Of a stretch of DNA of 64,000 bases, positions 21,269 to 31,914 are shown piece after piece (the stretch's first letter is position 1; each line of letters starts with the position of its first letter). The notes under the pieces are model-generated. The model was given only the letters and a program-made list of their open reading frames with translations. It did no database searches and was not told the origin of the DNA. The DNA is from Candidatus Eiseniibacteriota bacterium (lineage in GTDB: Bacteria; Eisenbacteria; RBG-16-71-46), in NCBI GenBank assembly GCA_963776245.1, contig CAVZLN010000009.1:1-64000 (forward strand), written 5' to 3'. The position numbers and the translations under genes were made by a program.

Positions 21269-22297
21269 ATGGCCAGACAACGCGGCGAATGGCTGGGCCA
21301 GCATCGCCGGCCCGTGCTCGCGCTCCTCGCGCTCCTGCTCGTCATCATCGCCGCAGAGAGCCTCCTCCTCTACCAGCAGTGGTCGATCGGCAGGGCGAGC
21401 AAGGCGCGATCCGGCCAGCTGCTGACCACCTTCCTGCAGGGCGATACCGCGCTCGCGGCGGTCGGGTCGAGCGTGCACATCCGATTGCAGAACGTCCGGT
21501 TCAAGTGGTCCGACCGGGTCTACATCGACGCGGGCGACCTCGCGGTGCGCGCGGTGCCGGTGCGCGGCGCGGCGGTCGACTTCGATGACCTCGAATCGTT
21601 CCGCCTGGTCGTACAGCAGGCCGTCGTGCACGTCCGCGCCGACGTCCTCGCGGGCATGTTCAATGAGAGCGTGTTCAACTACCCCGGCTCGCGGGTCCGC
21701 GATCTGAAGGTCTCGATCGCTCCGGACGACAAGGGCGGGCGAACCGTTCGGTTGAGCGGCAAGATCAGTGTCGTGGCCTGGGTCCCCTTCAAGATGTACA
21801 CCTATCTCAGCGTCGACACGACGACGAACACCCTCGTCATCACGGTCGATCATCTGAAGCTCTTCAGCGTCATCCCGGCCACCAAGCTCATCCGGTGGAC
21901 GCCGCTGCATCTCGAGCGCCTGATCGCCCTTCCACCCAACCAGAGCCTGCTGGTCGACGGCAACCGGATCATGGTGAAGCCGCTCGCTCTGTTTCCGCCG
22001 CCCCGGATCGATGGGACGATGGCGGGCGTCGAGGTCGGTGAGGACGCGATCAGCCTCGCGTTCGCGGGGGACGCCATCCCGGCGCCGAAGTCCTCAGCCA
22101 GGAACTACATCTACCTGCGCGGAGGCACGTCGCAGTTCGGTCATTTTCGCATGGGCGATACCGACGTGCTGATCCTGGATCGGGATCCCGCCGACCCATT
22201 CGTGTTCTCGCTCGTGCACTACGCGGAGATGATCCCGAAGAGCCTGGTCGAGCTTCCGGACACCCGATCGGCCCGGATCACGATGCCGGACTTCTGA
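21269..22297 (+). CDS. Hypothetical membrane-anchored beta-rich protein
   Basis: Single N-terminal TM helix, long ORF with typical codon use. Confidence 0.7.
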   Translation: MARQRGEWLGQHRRPVLALLALLLVIIAAESLLLYQQWSIGRASKARSGQLLTTFLQGDTALAAVGSSVHIRLQNVRFKWSDRVYIDAGDLAVRAVPVRGAAVDFDDLESFRLVVQQAVVHVRADVLAGMFNESVFNYPGSRVRDLKVSIAPDDKGGRTVRLSGKISVVAWVPFKMYTYLSVDTTTNTLVITVDHLKLFSVIPATKLIRWTPLHLERLIALPPNQSLLVDGNRIMVKPLALFPPPRIDGTMAGVEVGEDAISLAFAGDAIPAPKSSARNYIYLRGGTSQFGHFRMGDTDVLILDRDPADPFVFSLVHYAEMIPKSLVELPDTRSARITMPDF

Positions 22298-22379
22298 GCC
22301 CGGCCGGGCGTCGGGACGGTCTGCGGCGGACCGCCCGCGCGCGCTCGACCCCCGCGGTCGTCCCAGGCCACCGGAACGC

Positions 22380-22414
22380 GACAGGGGGCCGACGCACGGC
22401 GTCCGCCCCCTGTC
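22380..22414. terminator. Hairpin between convergent genes
   Basis: GACAGGGGGC.GACGC...GCGTC.GCCCCCTGTC. Confidence 0.6.
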
Positions 22415-22436
22415 CTTCGCCGATCCCGCTCGCGGG

Positions 22437-23036
22437 CTAGAAGCGCATCCCCGCGGTCAGCGTGACGGCCGGGATCACGCTCGTCGAATTGCCCGGCGCG
22501 TCACTGTTGAAGATGACCGGCGCCTCGATCCGGAGATCCATCGGGCCACCGAACCCGTAGCCGACCCCCAGATTGACGATCAGCCCGCCCCCGGTGCCGT
22601 CGGCGGACTGCATGCTGCCGCCGCCGGGAAGGCGTGTTCCGAGGCTGATGTCGCCGGTGCTCCGCTCCTCCCAGCTGACGCTCACCGCGCCGGCGCCGAC
22701 GCCGAACACGGTGAACGGCCCGCGCATGCCGGGCGAGTACTTCACCAGGCGATTGACCAGCACGCCGAAGGCGAAGACGTCCGTCGTCTCGACGTAGGTA
22801 TGGACCTCCGTGGTGGTCTCCTCGAAGCTCCCACCGTAGCCCACGAACCCGAGTTCCCAGGCGCCCCCCCCATCCTGTGAGATGAGGTAGTTGAGCCCGC
22901 CGCCGTACGCCACCCCGCCCGAGATGTCCGTCCCGGCGCCGGCCCGGATGCCCACGCCCGAACCGGCCGCCTGTGCGGTCTGCGCACCCACGACGAGCAA
23001 CACGATGCCCGCAGCGACTCGAAGCACCTTCTTCAT
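22437..23036 (-). CDS. Outer-membrane beta-barrel protein (OmpA-like TM domain)
   Basis: GGAGG RBS, MKK signal peptide, eight amphipathic strands, terminal AGMRF. Confidence 0.8.
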   Translation of the reverse strand: MKKVLRVAAGIVLLVVGAQTAQAAGSGVGIRAGAGTDISGGVAYGGGLNYLISQDGGGAWELGFVGYGGSFEETTTEVHTYVETTDVFAFGVLVNRLVKYSPGMRGPFTVFGVGAGAVSVSWEERSTGDISLGTRLPGGGSMQSADGTGGGLIVNLGVGYGFGGPMDLRIEAPVIFNSDAPGNSTSVIPAVTLTAGMRF

Positions 23037-23341
23037 GACTCCTCCATCGATCGGGCGAACCGGCCCGACGCGCCACTCGTCTTCCGAGATGCGCGCGGCA
23101 GCTCCGGGTGCGTTACCGATCAGGTGGGATGAAGAGGACCGGGCCATCCTGGACCTGCGTGGCCACGTGCGGCCTCTCCGTTCGCCCCGGCGGGGCAGTG
23201 GACGATCGAGCGACAGCGTTCCGGGGCGGGGGGCGCCTGTGCGAAGCCGATCGGCTCGCTGGAGCGCGGCTCGGGTTGATATTGGACCGCCCGGCCGGAC
23301 CGAATCAAGGCCAAGATTGGGACTCGCGCGCTGCCCGGGTG

Positions 23342-24566
23342 CTACTCGTAGCGGAGCGCCTCGATCGGGTCGAGCCCCGCGGCGCGCCGCGCCGGCCATA
23401 CGCCGAATACGATCCCGACCACCGCCGAGAAGGCGAACGCGATGAACACCGAATCGAGGCTCACCGCGGTGGTCCAGTGGAAAATCACACGCAGCGCGAT
23501 GGCGCCTCCCGCTCCGAGGGCGACTCCGATCAGACCGCCCAGGATGCAGAGCACGACGGCCTCGATCAGGAACTGCAGGAGGATATTGGCCTGCGTCGCC
23601 CCGAGCGCCTTCCGCACGCCGATCTCACGGGTGCGCTCGGTCACCGAGACCAGCATGATGTTCATGATGCCGATGCCGCCGACCAGCAGGCTCACGGCCG
23701 CGATCCCCGCCAGCAGCAGCGTGAACACCTGTGTGGTCTGGCCGAGCGTGGCCAGGAAGTCCGACTGATTGCGGATGTCGAAGTCATCCGCCTGACCCGA
23801 CCGCAGGCGGTGCTGGCGGCGCAGGATCTTCTGGATCTCGGCCATCGTGACCGGGATGTCCTTCTCGCTCGCGGCCAGCAAGCTGATCGAGCGCAGCCGG
23901 CTGCCGCCCAGCACGCGATAGCGCGCGGTCTGGATCGGAATCAGCACCTGATCGTCCGGGTTCGAGAAACCACCTCCCTGCCCCTTGGACGCCAGCACCC
24001 CGACCACGTCGAACTGCACGCCCGCGATGCGGATCTGGGCGCCCACGAAGCCCTCGGCGGGCCCCACGCCGAGGTCGAGGAGCGGCTGGGCACCCACCAC
24101 GGCCACTCGGCGCTTGGCCGCATCGTCGGCAGTGGTGAACATGCGCCCGGCCGCGAGCGTGAAGCGCCGCACTTCGAGGTAGTTGGCGCTGGTGCCGAGT
24201 GATCGAGGTGTTGGTGTTGCGGGTCAGATACTGCACCTGGAGCTGGCGGGACATCTCGGGCTGCACGGCGGCGAAGCTCACGCCCCGGTTCTCGAGCGCC
24301 TGGGCATCCTCGAGGGTGAGCGCGGCGCGATCCGCGGCCGAGGCCACGCCGCCCGGGGCCCGCGCCTGCCCGGGCATCACCGTGAGCAGGGTGGTGCCGA
24401 GGGCGGCGATGCGCTCGTTGACCGACTGTTGCGCGCCACGCCCGAGGGCGACCATCGCGATCACCGCCGAGACCCCGATGACGATCCCGAGCATGGTCAG
24501 GAAGGAGCGCAGCCGGTTGGCGCTCAGGGCTTCGAGCGCCACGGTGATGGTCTCCGCGAAGTGCAT
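23342..24566 (-). CDS. MacB/FtsX-family ABC permease (one frameshift near 24195)
   Basis: RSFLTMLGIVIG, GGIGIMNIMLVSVTERTREIG, DPIEALRYE. Confidence 0.9.
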
Positions 24567-24567
24567 G

Positions 24568-25992
24568 TCAGCGCCCTCCCCCGCCCGACCGGGGGCCACC
24601 GCCGCCGCCACCGGCGGCCCCCGTGCTCCCGGGCAGACCGCTCCCCATGCGCTGGGCGAGTGAGGCCTGCTGCTGCTTCCGCTTGGCGGCCTGCTCGGCC
24701 ACGCTCAGCAGCGCGACCACCTCGCCCTCCTTCACGCCGCTCAGGACCTCCGCGTAGTCGAAGTCGCTGACGCCGAGGCGGACCACGCGTGGCTCGAGGC
24801 CCATGGCGGTCTGCACCATGACGATCTGGACGAGCGACGCGCCCGGATCCCCGGCGCCGCCGCCCCCGGCACCACTGCCGAAACCCCGGCCACCACCGCC
24901 CGCACCGCCGCCAGCGCCACGGCGTCGTGTGCGCGCGCTGTCGGCCGCCCTCCCGGCGCGCGCCGGATCGCGCGCGCCCATCTGCCGCTGCACCTGGGCG
25001 CGCAGCGAGTCGACATCGAGGCCCAGCGTGATCGCGACCGTCGCGAGCTCGCGCATGCCGCGCACGGCATCGAGTGGCACCGCGACGACCTGGGTGCGGC
25101 GGGCGATCTCGATGGTGACCTGCCCGTTCATCCCCGGGAGCACCTTGCCGTTCAGGTTCTCGATCGCGACCAGCACCGGGAACATGGTCACCGATTGCTG
25201 GACCACGGCCTGCGGTTCGATCTTGATCACGTGGCCCGGGAACGGTCGCTTGGGGAACGCATCCACCGTGACCCGCGCCGGCATGTCCGGGACCAGGTTA
25301 CCGACGTCCGTCTCACCCACCAGCGCCTGCATCTGGATGCGATTCAGGTCCGCCATCTTGAACAGCGTCGTGCCGCCGCTGGCCGAGGAGGTCGCCGAGG
25401 TGATGACCATTCCCCGGGTGGCGGTCTGTTCGACGATGGTGCCGGCCGACGGCGCGCGCACCGTGGCATCGTCCAGTGCCTGTTTGGCGATCTGCAGATC
25501 GGCCTGCGCCCGGGCCAGGGCCGCCTTGGCATTCGCGGCGCCGAGCTGGGCGTTCTCGTGGTCCACGGCGGTCATCGCCTCGCGCGAGTACAGGTCGTCC
25601 GCCCGCTGCTTCTGGGTGCCCGAGATCGTGACGCTCGCCTGCGCGGCCTGCAGCGCCGCGAGCAGCTGGTTGTACTGGTTGCGTACCGTCAGCGGGTCAA
25701 TCTGCGCCAGCAGCTCGCCGGCCTTGACCACCGAACCGATCGCCACCGGCATGGTCAGGATCTCCCCGGAGGCCTTCGACTTGATCTCGACCACCTCGAT
25801 GGCCTGGACGGTGCCCGTGGCGTCCACCGTCTGCAGGATGTCGTGGAGTGCGACCGGCTCGGTCGCGATCGCCTCCGCGGCCGCGGGCCGCGCCATCAGG
25901 CGTCGCACCGCGAACGCCGCGACGATGACGAGTCCCAGCCCGACGAGCAGGACGAGCACCTGCTTGCGCCGGCTCCATTGACGAATGCTCAC
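24568..25992 (-). CDS. Efflux periplasmic adaptor subunit (MacA-like)
   Basis: ATGTVQ, VEIKSKASGEI, VRAPSAGT lipoyl-like halves, PGMNG. Confidence 0.9.
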   Translation of the reverse strand: MSIRQWSRRKQVLVLLVGLGLVIVAAFAVRRLMARPAAAEAIATEPVALHDILQTVDATGTVQAIEVVEIKSKASGEILTMPVAIGSVVKAGELLAQIDPLTVRNQYNQLLAALQAAQASVTISGTQKQRADDLYSREAMTAVDHENAQLGAANAKAALARAQADLQIAKQALDDATVRAPSAGTIVEQTATRGMVITSATSSASGGTTLFKMADLNRIQMQALVGETDVGNLVPDMPARVTVDAFPKRPFPGHVIKIEPQAVVQQSVTMFPVLVAIENLNGKVLPGMNGQVTIEIARRTQVVAVPLDAVRGMRELATVAITLGLDVDSLRAQVQRQMGARDPARAGRAADSARTRRRGAGGGAGGGGRGFGSGAGGGGAGDPGASLVQIVMVQTAMGLEPRVVRLGVSDFDYAEVLSGVKEGEVVALLSVAEQAAKRKQQQASLAQRMGSGLPGSTGAAGGGGGGPRSGGGGR

Positions 25993-26046
25993 GACGTCCT
26001 CCCTCGGGCGGCGGCGCCGCCGGTGAATGGCATGCGGACGCCCGGG

Positions 26047-27357
26047 TCAGAGACTCCGGCCGACGAGTGCTTCGAGCTGCGCTTTGGCGATGCGACGGTC
26101 GTAGCGCGCCTGGATCAGGTCATGGCGCGCCTGATCGAGCAGGGTGCGCGAGGCCAGCACATCGAGCAGCGACGAGATTCCGACGTTGTACTGCTCCTGG
26201 CGCTCGCGCAGATCCTCCGACGCCGCCTCCTGGGTCGCCGCCTGCATCTCGACGCGTTCGGTGGCGGCGCGATAGGCGCCGAGGGATTGCGTGAGGCTCT
26301 CGAGGGCCGCCAGCCGCGCATCCCGGCAGGAGGCCTCGGCGTCCGCGAGCGACGCGCGCGCCTGCGCCATCTGGCTGGCCCGTTGAAGTTGATCGAAGAC
26401 CGGAACCGAGACCGCCAGGCGGAGCGCGCCCGAATACGACAGGTCGTTGCCGGTGAGCGCGAAGTGGTCCGACGTGCCGCTGCCGGTGCGCCCGTACGAC
26501 GCCGTCACCGAAGGCAGGTAGCCCGCCCAACTGATGCGCAGGGCGGCACGGGCGGAGACGAGCTGCAACTCGGCCTGCTGGACCGCCGGGCCCGTGACGG
26601 CCAGCTCCCGCAGCGCGTCCTCGTCCACGGACAGCGCCGCGTCGCCGAGCGTGTCGGCCCGCGCGGCCGTCACCGGGTAGGGCGTGCCGACGACGCGGGT
26701 CAGCGAGGCGTTCGCCTGATCCAGCGTGGTGAGCGCCTGCGTCTTCGCCAAGCGGGCGTTGTGCATCAGGATCTCAGAGCGCAGCGAGTCCGACCGCGTC
26801 ACCGTGCGGGCCCGCAGGTGCAGGATCGACATGGCCAGCTGTTCCCGGGACTGCTGCAGCTGGGCATCGGCGGCGGCCCCTAGTTCGACCGAGGCGAGCA
26901 CGTTGAAGAACTGTTGCTTGGCCGCCAGCCCCGCGAGCGCACGCTGTTCGACGAGGCTGGCCGCCGCGATCCCGGCCTGGGCGCGGGACTGTTGCAGCTC
27001 GAAGAGGCGCTGGCCGCCCTCGAACAGGCCGACGTTCGCGCTCAAGCCCGCGCTGTACGACCAGGGCTCCGACGCCAGGGTCAGCACCTGACCATTCTCG
27101 ACCCGTACCTGGCCCGCCCGCGCGGGGAGCTGTCGGTTGGCGCCGGCGCTCAGGCTGATGCTGGGTATGAACGCTGCACGGGCGGCGCGTACGGACGCGG
27201 CGGCGGCCCGCGTCTGGCCCGTCGCATGGATCACCGCGGGCACGTTGAGTTCAGCCAGAGCGACGGCGTCCTGGAGTGAGATCTCCCGCACGCTCGTGTC
27301 GGGAGCGGGCACCGCGGTGAGGGCGGTGACCATCAACATCAGGCCGAATGGGATCAT
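26047..27357 (-). CDS. TolC-family outer membrane protein
   Basis: OEP repeats, [18 protein letters not shown]. Confidence 0.88.
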   Translation of the reverse strand: MIPFGLMLMVTALTAVPAPDTSVREISLQDAVALAELNVPAVIHATGQTRAAAASVRAARAAFIPSISLSAGANRQLPARAGQVRVENGQVLTLASEPWSYSAGLSANVGLFEGGQRLFELQQSRAQAGIAAASLVEQRALAGLAAKQQFFNVLASVELGAAADAQLQQSREQLAMSILHLRARTVTRSDSLRSEILMHNARLAKTQALTTLDQANASLTRVVGTPYPVTAARADTLGDAALSVDEDALRELAVTGPAVQQAELQLVSARAALRISWAGYLPSVTASYGRTGSGTSDHFALTGNDLSYSGALRLAVSVPVFDQLQRASQMAQARASLADAEASCRDARLAALESLTQSLGAYRAATERVEMQAATQEAASEDLRERQEQYNVGISSLLDVLASRTLLDQARHDLIQARYDRRIAKAQLEALVGRSL

Positions 27358-28097
27358 GCCGGCACCTCCAGGGGAGTGACGCGCTCGTCCGACACGACTT
27401 GACCATCCCGCATCACGAGCCGGCGCTGAGCGTGGGTGGCGATGCCGGGGTCGTGGGTCACGACGATGATGGTCTGGCCTTCGGAGTGGACCTGCGCGAA
27501 CAGCGCCAGCACCTCGTCGCCAGTGCGGCTGTCCAGGTTGCCGGTGGGCTCATCCGCCAGCAGCAGCGAAGGTCGCGAGACCAGCGCACGCGCGATCGCA
27601 ACCCGCTGTCGCTGGCCGCCCGACAGCTCGTTCGGCCGGTGCTGGAGGCGGTCGCCGAGTTCCACCCGCCGCAGTGCGGCCGTCGCGCGCTCCTTGCGCT
27701 CGGCCGCCCCCACCCCGGCATAGAGCAGAGGCAGTTCGACGTTGCGCAGGGCGGTCGCGCGCGCCAGCAGATTGAAGGTCTGGAACACGAAGCCGATCTG
27801 GCGGTTGCGCACGTGCGCCAGTTCGGTGTCGGTCATCTGCGAGACCTTGACGCCGTTGAGCCAGTACTCGCCGAGGGTCGCCGTGTCCAGGCAGCCGAGG
27901 ATGTTCATGAGCGTCGACTTGCCCGAGCCCGAAGGACCCATGATCGCCAGGTACTGATTCCGTGGCACCACGAGATCGAGCGGACGAAGCGCGTGGACCA
28001 CCTCGGTGCCCATCGCGAAGTCGCGGGCCACTCCGGTGACGCGAATCACGTCGTCGATCCCGGTGGGCGGTGTCACCGGCCCACCCAGGTTGTCCAT
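27354..28097 (-). CDS. ABC transporter ATP-binding protein (LolD/MacB-type)
   Basis: [26 protein letters not shown]. Confidence 0.95.
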   Translation of the reverse strand: MDNLGGPVTPPTGIDDVIRVTGVARDFAMGTEVVHALRPLDLVVPRNQYLAIMGPSGSGKSTLMNILGCLDTATLGEYWLNGVKVSQMTDTELAHVRNRQIGFVFQTFNLLARATALRNVELPLLYAGVGAAERKERATAALRRVELGDRLQHRPNELSGGQRQRVAIARALVSRPSLLLADEPTGNLDSRTGDEVLALFAQVHSEGQTIIVVTHDPGIATHAQRRLVMRDGQVVSDERVTPLEVPA

Positions 28098-28259
28098 GCG
28101 CGCTCCCTCGATCCAGTCCATCCATCACCGTACGGGCAAGCGAAAAGCGGGCGCCCGAAGGCTGCGCCCGCTTCGTGCGCGTTGCGAGACCGCGATGGGT
28201 CGGACCGTCCCGCGATCCGTGGACGCGGCCTTCCATCGGCCGGGCGCTCCGAGATCCGG

Positions 28260-28685
28260 TTAGTAGCGCCGGCGATTGTTGTCGGAACGCGGATTGCCGT
28301 ACTGGTTCCCCCAGGCGGAGGGATAGTTGCGCCAGTGTTCGCGAGGGACCCGGGTCAGCTCTCTCGGGACGAAGCGGGCGTCGATCGCCCTGAACTGGCC
28401 CCGCCCGCGCCGCGACGAGTACCACTGGTCGTTGCTGTAGACGTAGTACGTGCCGCCGTACCGGAACATGTCGTAGTCCGGACGCTCTCCCTGGCGGATC
28501 TGCTGGACGCGCGTGCCGCGGACGCTGGTCCAGTGCGGCGTGCTTCCGAAGGTGATCTGCAGAGTCGCGGACGTGCCGCCGGTCCTCGGGTAACCACTCT
28601 GCGCATGGGCCGACGCAACCATTGCGAGGGTCATGCCCAGGGCCAGCAGCGGGAGCAACAGGTGCCTCGTGGGACGGATGGTCAT
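28260..28685 (-). CDS. Small secreted hypothetical protein
   Basis: AAAGGAG RBS, signal peptide, DMFRYGGTYYVY...WRNYP. Confidence 0.7.
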   Translation of the reverse strand: MTIRPTRHLLLPLLALGMTLAMVASAHAQSGYPRTGGTSATLQITFGSTPHWTSVRGTRVQQIRQGERPDYDMFRYGGTYYVYSNDQWYSSRRGRGQFRAIDARFVPRELTRVPREHWRNYPSAWGNQYGNPRSDNNRRRY

Positions 28686-29047
28686 GAGTCTCCTTTCGTG
28701 AGCAACGCTTCGGCGGATGCGATGGTCGGACCTCGGGAGTTCGTGCTGCACCCCTGGGGCAGGGTGAGGTGCGGACCTCGAGCGAAGGGACGCCAGACCT
28801 TCCGGTGAGGACGCACGCGAGAAGCATGCCACCCGCGGCTCCTCGCCGGGTTGTCCCGCAACGCACGACTGACCAACAGCGTCGGGAGTCGGGGCAACCG
28901 TGGCGAGGCCTCGCCCGGCTCCCAAATGGCGGCGATGGATGAGCGATTCTTCAATGCGCGGCAGGAATTGCAGACCTCGGCGCGGCGCTCGCGTGCCGCG
29001 CGACAAGACCCTCCGGCGCTGGCTCGCCCGCGGGGGGACCGCCTGGT

Positions 29048-29515
29048 CTACGGTCGCCTCTCCTGCTGCAGGATGCGCTGCAGGATCTTCTCGATGTTCT
29101 CCGCCTGGACCTCGAGGTGGGCCAGGATGGCTTCGATCTCCCGCTCGGCCTTGACGTTCACCTCGTAGTCCGACTCGGCCCGCGCTTCGGAATGGCGGCT
29201 CTGGAGGTTCTGGCCCACCATGATCAGCGGCATCAGGAAGATCTGGATCATGTTGGAGATGAACAGCCACAGGACGAAGGCGGGATAGGGATCGAACCTC
29301 ACCGGCTTGGGCGCGAAGGCGTTCCAGCCGAGCCATCCCATGGTCCACACGAAGATGATCATGAAGAAGCCCATCGAGCCGACGTGCTCCGTGATCCACA
29401 TCGCGATCCGATCCAGCCATCCCAGGCTCTCGGCATGGACCCGGTTGACGTTGCGCACCGGGTGGCGCAACGCCTTGAGTTCATGGAGAGCAGGCGGATG
29501 AGGTCTCGATGCCAT
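29048..29515 (-). CDS. DUF1003 membrane protein
   Basis: ITEHVGSMGF, FDPYPAF, PLIMVGQN, DYEVNVKAE. Confidence 0.88.
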   Translation of the reverse strand: MASRPHPPALHELKALRHPVRNVNRVHAESLGWLDRIAMWITEHVGSMGFFMIIFVWTMGWLGWNAFAPKPVRFDPYPAFVLWLFISNMIQIFLMPLIMVGQNLQSRHSEARAESDYEVNVKAEREIEAILAHLEVQAENIEKILQRILQQERRP

Positions 29516-29823
29516 GGGTCCCTCCCTTTCAGAGACTGGCGCTCGCTCCCCGGAAGGCCCCGCGTTCCGCGGCAGCTTGCGGGGAACGCACGTGAGCCCC
29601 TCCGGGTTCGCATGAGAACGCGCGGAGTGTACCCGACGCTGGGGCCTCCGGGATCGCACCGTGCGCGGGCCCGCGGATGATGGTCGCTCCCCCCGGTCGC
29701 CGTGGTCCGGAGCCGCGCGGGATTTTGCGATTCCCGAGCATCTGCCCCGGAGGCTGAGCGCACCATTCTCGGCCGACACGGTCGCATGCGCGAAGCCCGC
29801 TTTCCCGGAGAGCCGATACCAGG

Positions 29824-30405
29824 ATGATCGAACCCGCCTCCCACCGATATCTCCCAGGTCCGTTCGGTCCGTCGCCTCGTTCCCGCCTCGCGCTCCGCCA
29901 TCTCGGATGTCTCGGCGCGCTCTGCTGCGCGCTACTCGCCGGCTCGTCCCCGGCGTCGGCCCGGCCCGCCGGTCCTCCCACCGCGACGCATTCCAGGGCG
30001 CCGGATGTCACGCTCGCCACTCGGGGTGGTCCGGTCTCGCTCGCCTCACTGCGCGGGAAGGTCGTCCTGGTGGACTTCTGGGCCTCGTGGTGCGGCCCGT
30101 GCCGCCAGTCGTTCCCGTGGCTGGCGTCGATGCACCAGCGCTACGCGGACCAGGGCCTCACCATCGTCGCCGTCAATCTCGACAAGCGCCGCGACCTCGC
30201 CGACGCCTTCCTCGGGGAGTTCAAGCCGCCCTTTCAGATCGCGTTCGACCCCACCGGCGCGGCCGCTGAGGCCTTCAAGGTCTCGGCCATGCCGTCCAGT
30301 TTCCTGATCGGACCCGACGGCACCCTCCTCCATACCCACACCGGCTTCGATCCCCGGAAGACCGGACCGATCGAGACCCTCATCCGCGGAGCGTGCGCCC
30401 GATGA
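29824..30405 (+). CDS. TlpA-family thioredoxin/disulfide reductase
   Basis: VDFWASWCGPC, MPSSFLI. Confidence 0.9.
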   Translation: MIEPASHRYLPGPFGPSPRSRLALRHLGCLGALCCALLAGSSPASARPAGPPTATHSRAPDVTLATRGGPVSLASLRGKVVLVDFWASWCGPCRQSFPWLASMHQRYADQGLTIVAVNLDKRRDLADAFLGEFKPPFQIAFDPTGAAAEAFKVSAMPSSFLIGPDGTLLHTHTGFDPRKTGPIETLIRGACAR

Positions 30406-30635
30406 AACGCCGCCCTGGAGTCCTCCCGGTCCTGCTGGCCCTCGTGGCGCTCGCCCTCACCGGGGGCTGCGCGGCGACCGCCGTCAAGCCATGGGACCGC
30501 GACCTGCTCGCCGAGAAGAAGATGCGCTTCAACCCGCTGCCGATGGAGCACGCCGTGGACCAGCACATCTACTTCAGCAAGGAGGCCTCGGTCGGCGGCA
30601 TGGACGTGGGCGGAGGAGGTTGCGGATGCAACTGA
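30402..30635 (+). CDS. DUF4266 lipoprotein
   Basis: Lipobox, VKPWDR, SKEAS.GG, GGGCGCN C-terminus. Confidence 0.9.
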   Translation: MKRRPGVLPVLLALVALALTGGCAATAVKPWDRDLLAEKKMRFNPLPMEHAVDQHIYFSKEASVGGMDVGGGGCGCN

Positions 30636-31891
30636 CGCGATCGGACCACGCGCCCTCGGTCCGTGGCCGGCTGCGCGCCGCGGCGGTCGTGCTGCTCACC
30701 TCGGTGACGCCCGCGCTCGCGCGCTCGGAGGGCACCGCGACCACGCAGATCGACGCGTCCGCGCTCCTCTACGGTGAGCGGGGCCGCACCAACGTCGTGG
30801 AGCCGATCGCCCGCGTCACGCGTCTGTTCGCCAACGGCCAGACCGTCTCGGCGCAGTTCGGCTTCGACGTCATCACCGGGTCGTCGCCGAGCGGGGCGAT
30901 GCCCTCGGGACGCATCCAGACCACCACCACGGCCTCGGGGAACGTCACCACCCAGTCGGCCGGGCAGATCCCGCTGAGCAAGTTCCAGGACACGCGCGGC
31001 TCGCTCGATCTCGAGTACGGCCGCCCCTTCGGCAGCCTGGTCGCCACCACGACCGGAGCGCACTACTCGCGGGAGAAGGACTACCAGTCGGTCGGCGCCG
31101 ACACGAAATGGTCGATCGACCTGTTCCATCGGCTCTCGACCCTCACCCTCGGAGGCGGATTCAATCACGATGGGATATTCCCGATCGGCGGGGTGCCGGT
31201 GGGTCTCGCCAGCGGGGCCTTGCAGGCGGGGTCGGGCCACGAGACCAAGGACGTGGCGAGCGGACTGGTCGGGCTCTCGCGCGTGCTCTCGCGCCGGTGG
31301 CTGGTGTCCGTGAACGCGTCCCGGATGACCGAGCGGGGCTATCTCACCGAGCCGTACAAGGTCGTGAGCCTGATCTCGGCCGACAGCGGCCTGACGGTCG
31401 ACCAGATCAAGGAGAAGCGACCGGACACCCGGGATCGCCGGTCCGTCTTCGCCAGTTCGGTCTACCATCTGGCCACCGATGTGCTCTACACCGACTACCG
31501 CTACTACTGGGACGACTGGGGCATCCGCTCGCACACCATCGACCTGCGATGGCGCCACGCGCTCGACGAGGAGACGTTCCTCCAGCCCCACGTGCGCTTC
31601 TACGACCAGACCGCCGCCGACTTCTTCGGGTTCGGACTGGTCCTGGGCACCGCGATGCCGCAGTACGCGACCAGCGACTACCGGCTCGGACCGCTGCGCG
31701 GCCTGACCCTCGGCGCCACGTACGGATTCCGCGTGCTCGACTATCCCGGCGACTTCACCGTCCGCGGGGAGTACATACGACAATGGGGGGACGGCTATCC
31801 CGCGGACGCGGTCGGGATCCAGCGGAAGTACGACCTGCTCCCGCCGGTGAACATCGGCACCCTGCTCGTCGGGTACTCCATCGCCTACTAG
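30626..31891 (+). CDS. DUF3570 outer-membrane beta-barrel protein
   Basis: DVITGSSPSG, GYLTEPY, RPDTR, YRYYWDDWGI, SDYRL; operon context. Confidence 0.85.
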   Translation: MQLTRSDHAPSVRGRLRAAAVVLLTSVTPALARSEGTATTQIDASALLYGERGRTNVVEPIARVTRLFANGQTVSAQFGFDVITGSSPSGAMPSGRIQTTTTASGNVTTQSAGQIPLSKFQDTRGSLDLEYGRPFGSLVATTTGAHYSREKDYQSVGADTKWSIDLFHRLSTLTLGGGFNHDGIFPIGGVPVGLASGALQAGSGHETKDVASGLVGLSRVLSRRWLVSVNASRMTERGYLTEPYKVVSLISADSGLTVDQIKEKRPDTRDRRSVFASSVYHLATDVLYTDYRYYWDDWGIRSHTIDLRWRHALDEETFLQPHVRFYDQTAADFFGFGLVLGTAMPQYATSDYRLGPLRGLTLGATYGFRVLDYPGDFTVRGEYIRQWGDGYPADAVGIQRKYDLLPPVNIGTLLVGYSIAY

Positions 31892-31914
31892 CCGCTCGGG
31901 CCAGGGGACGGAAC

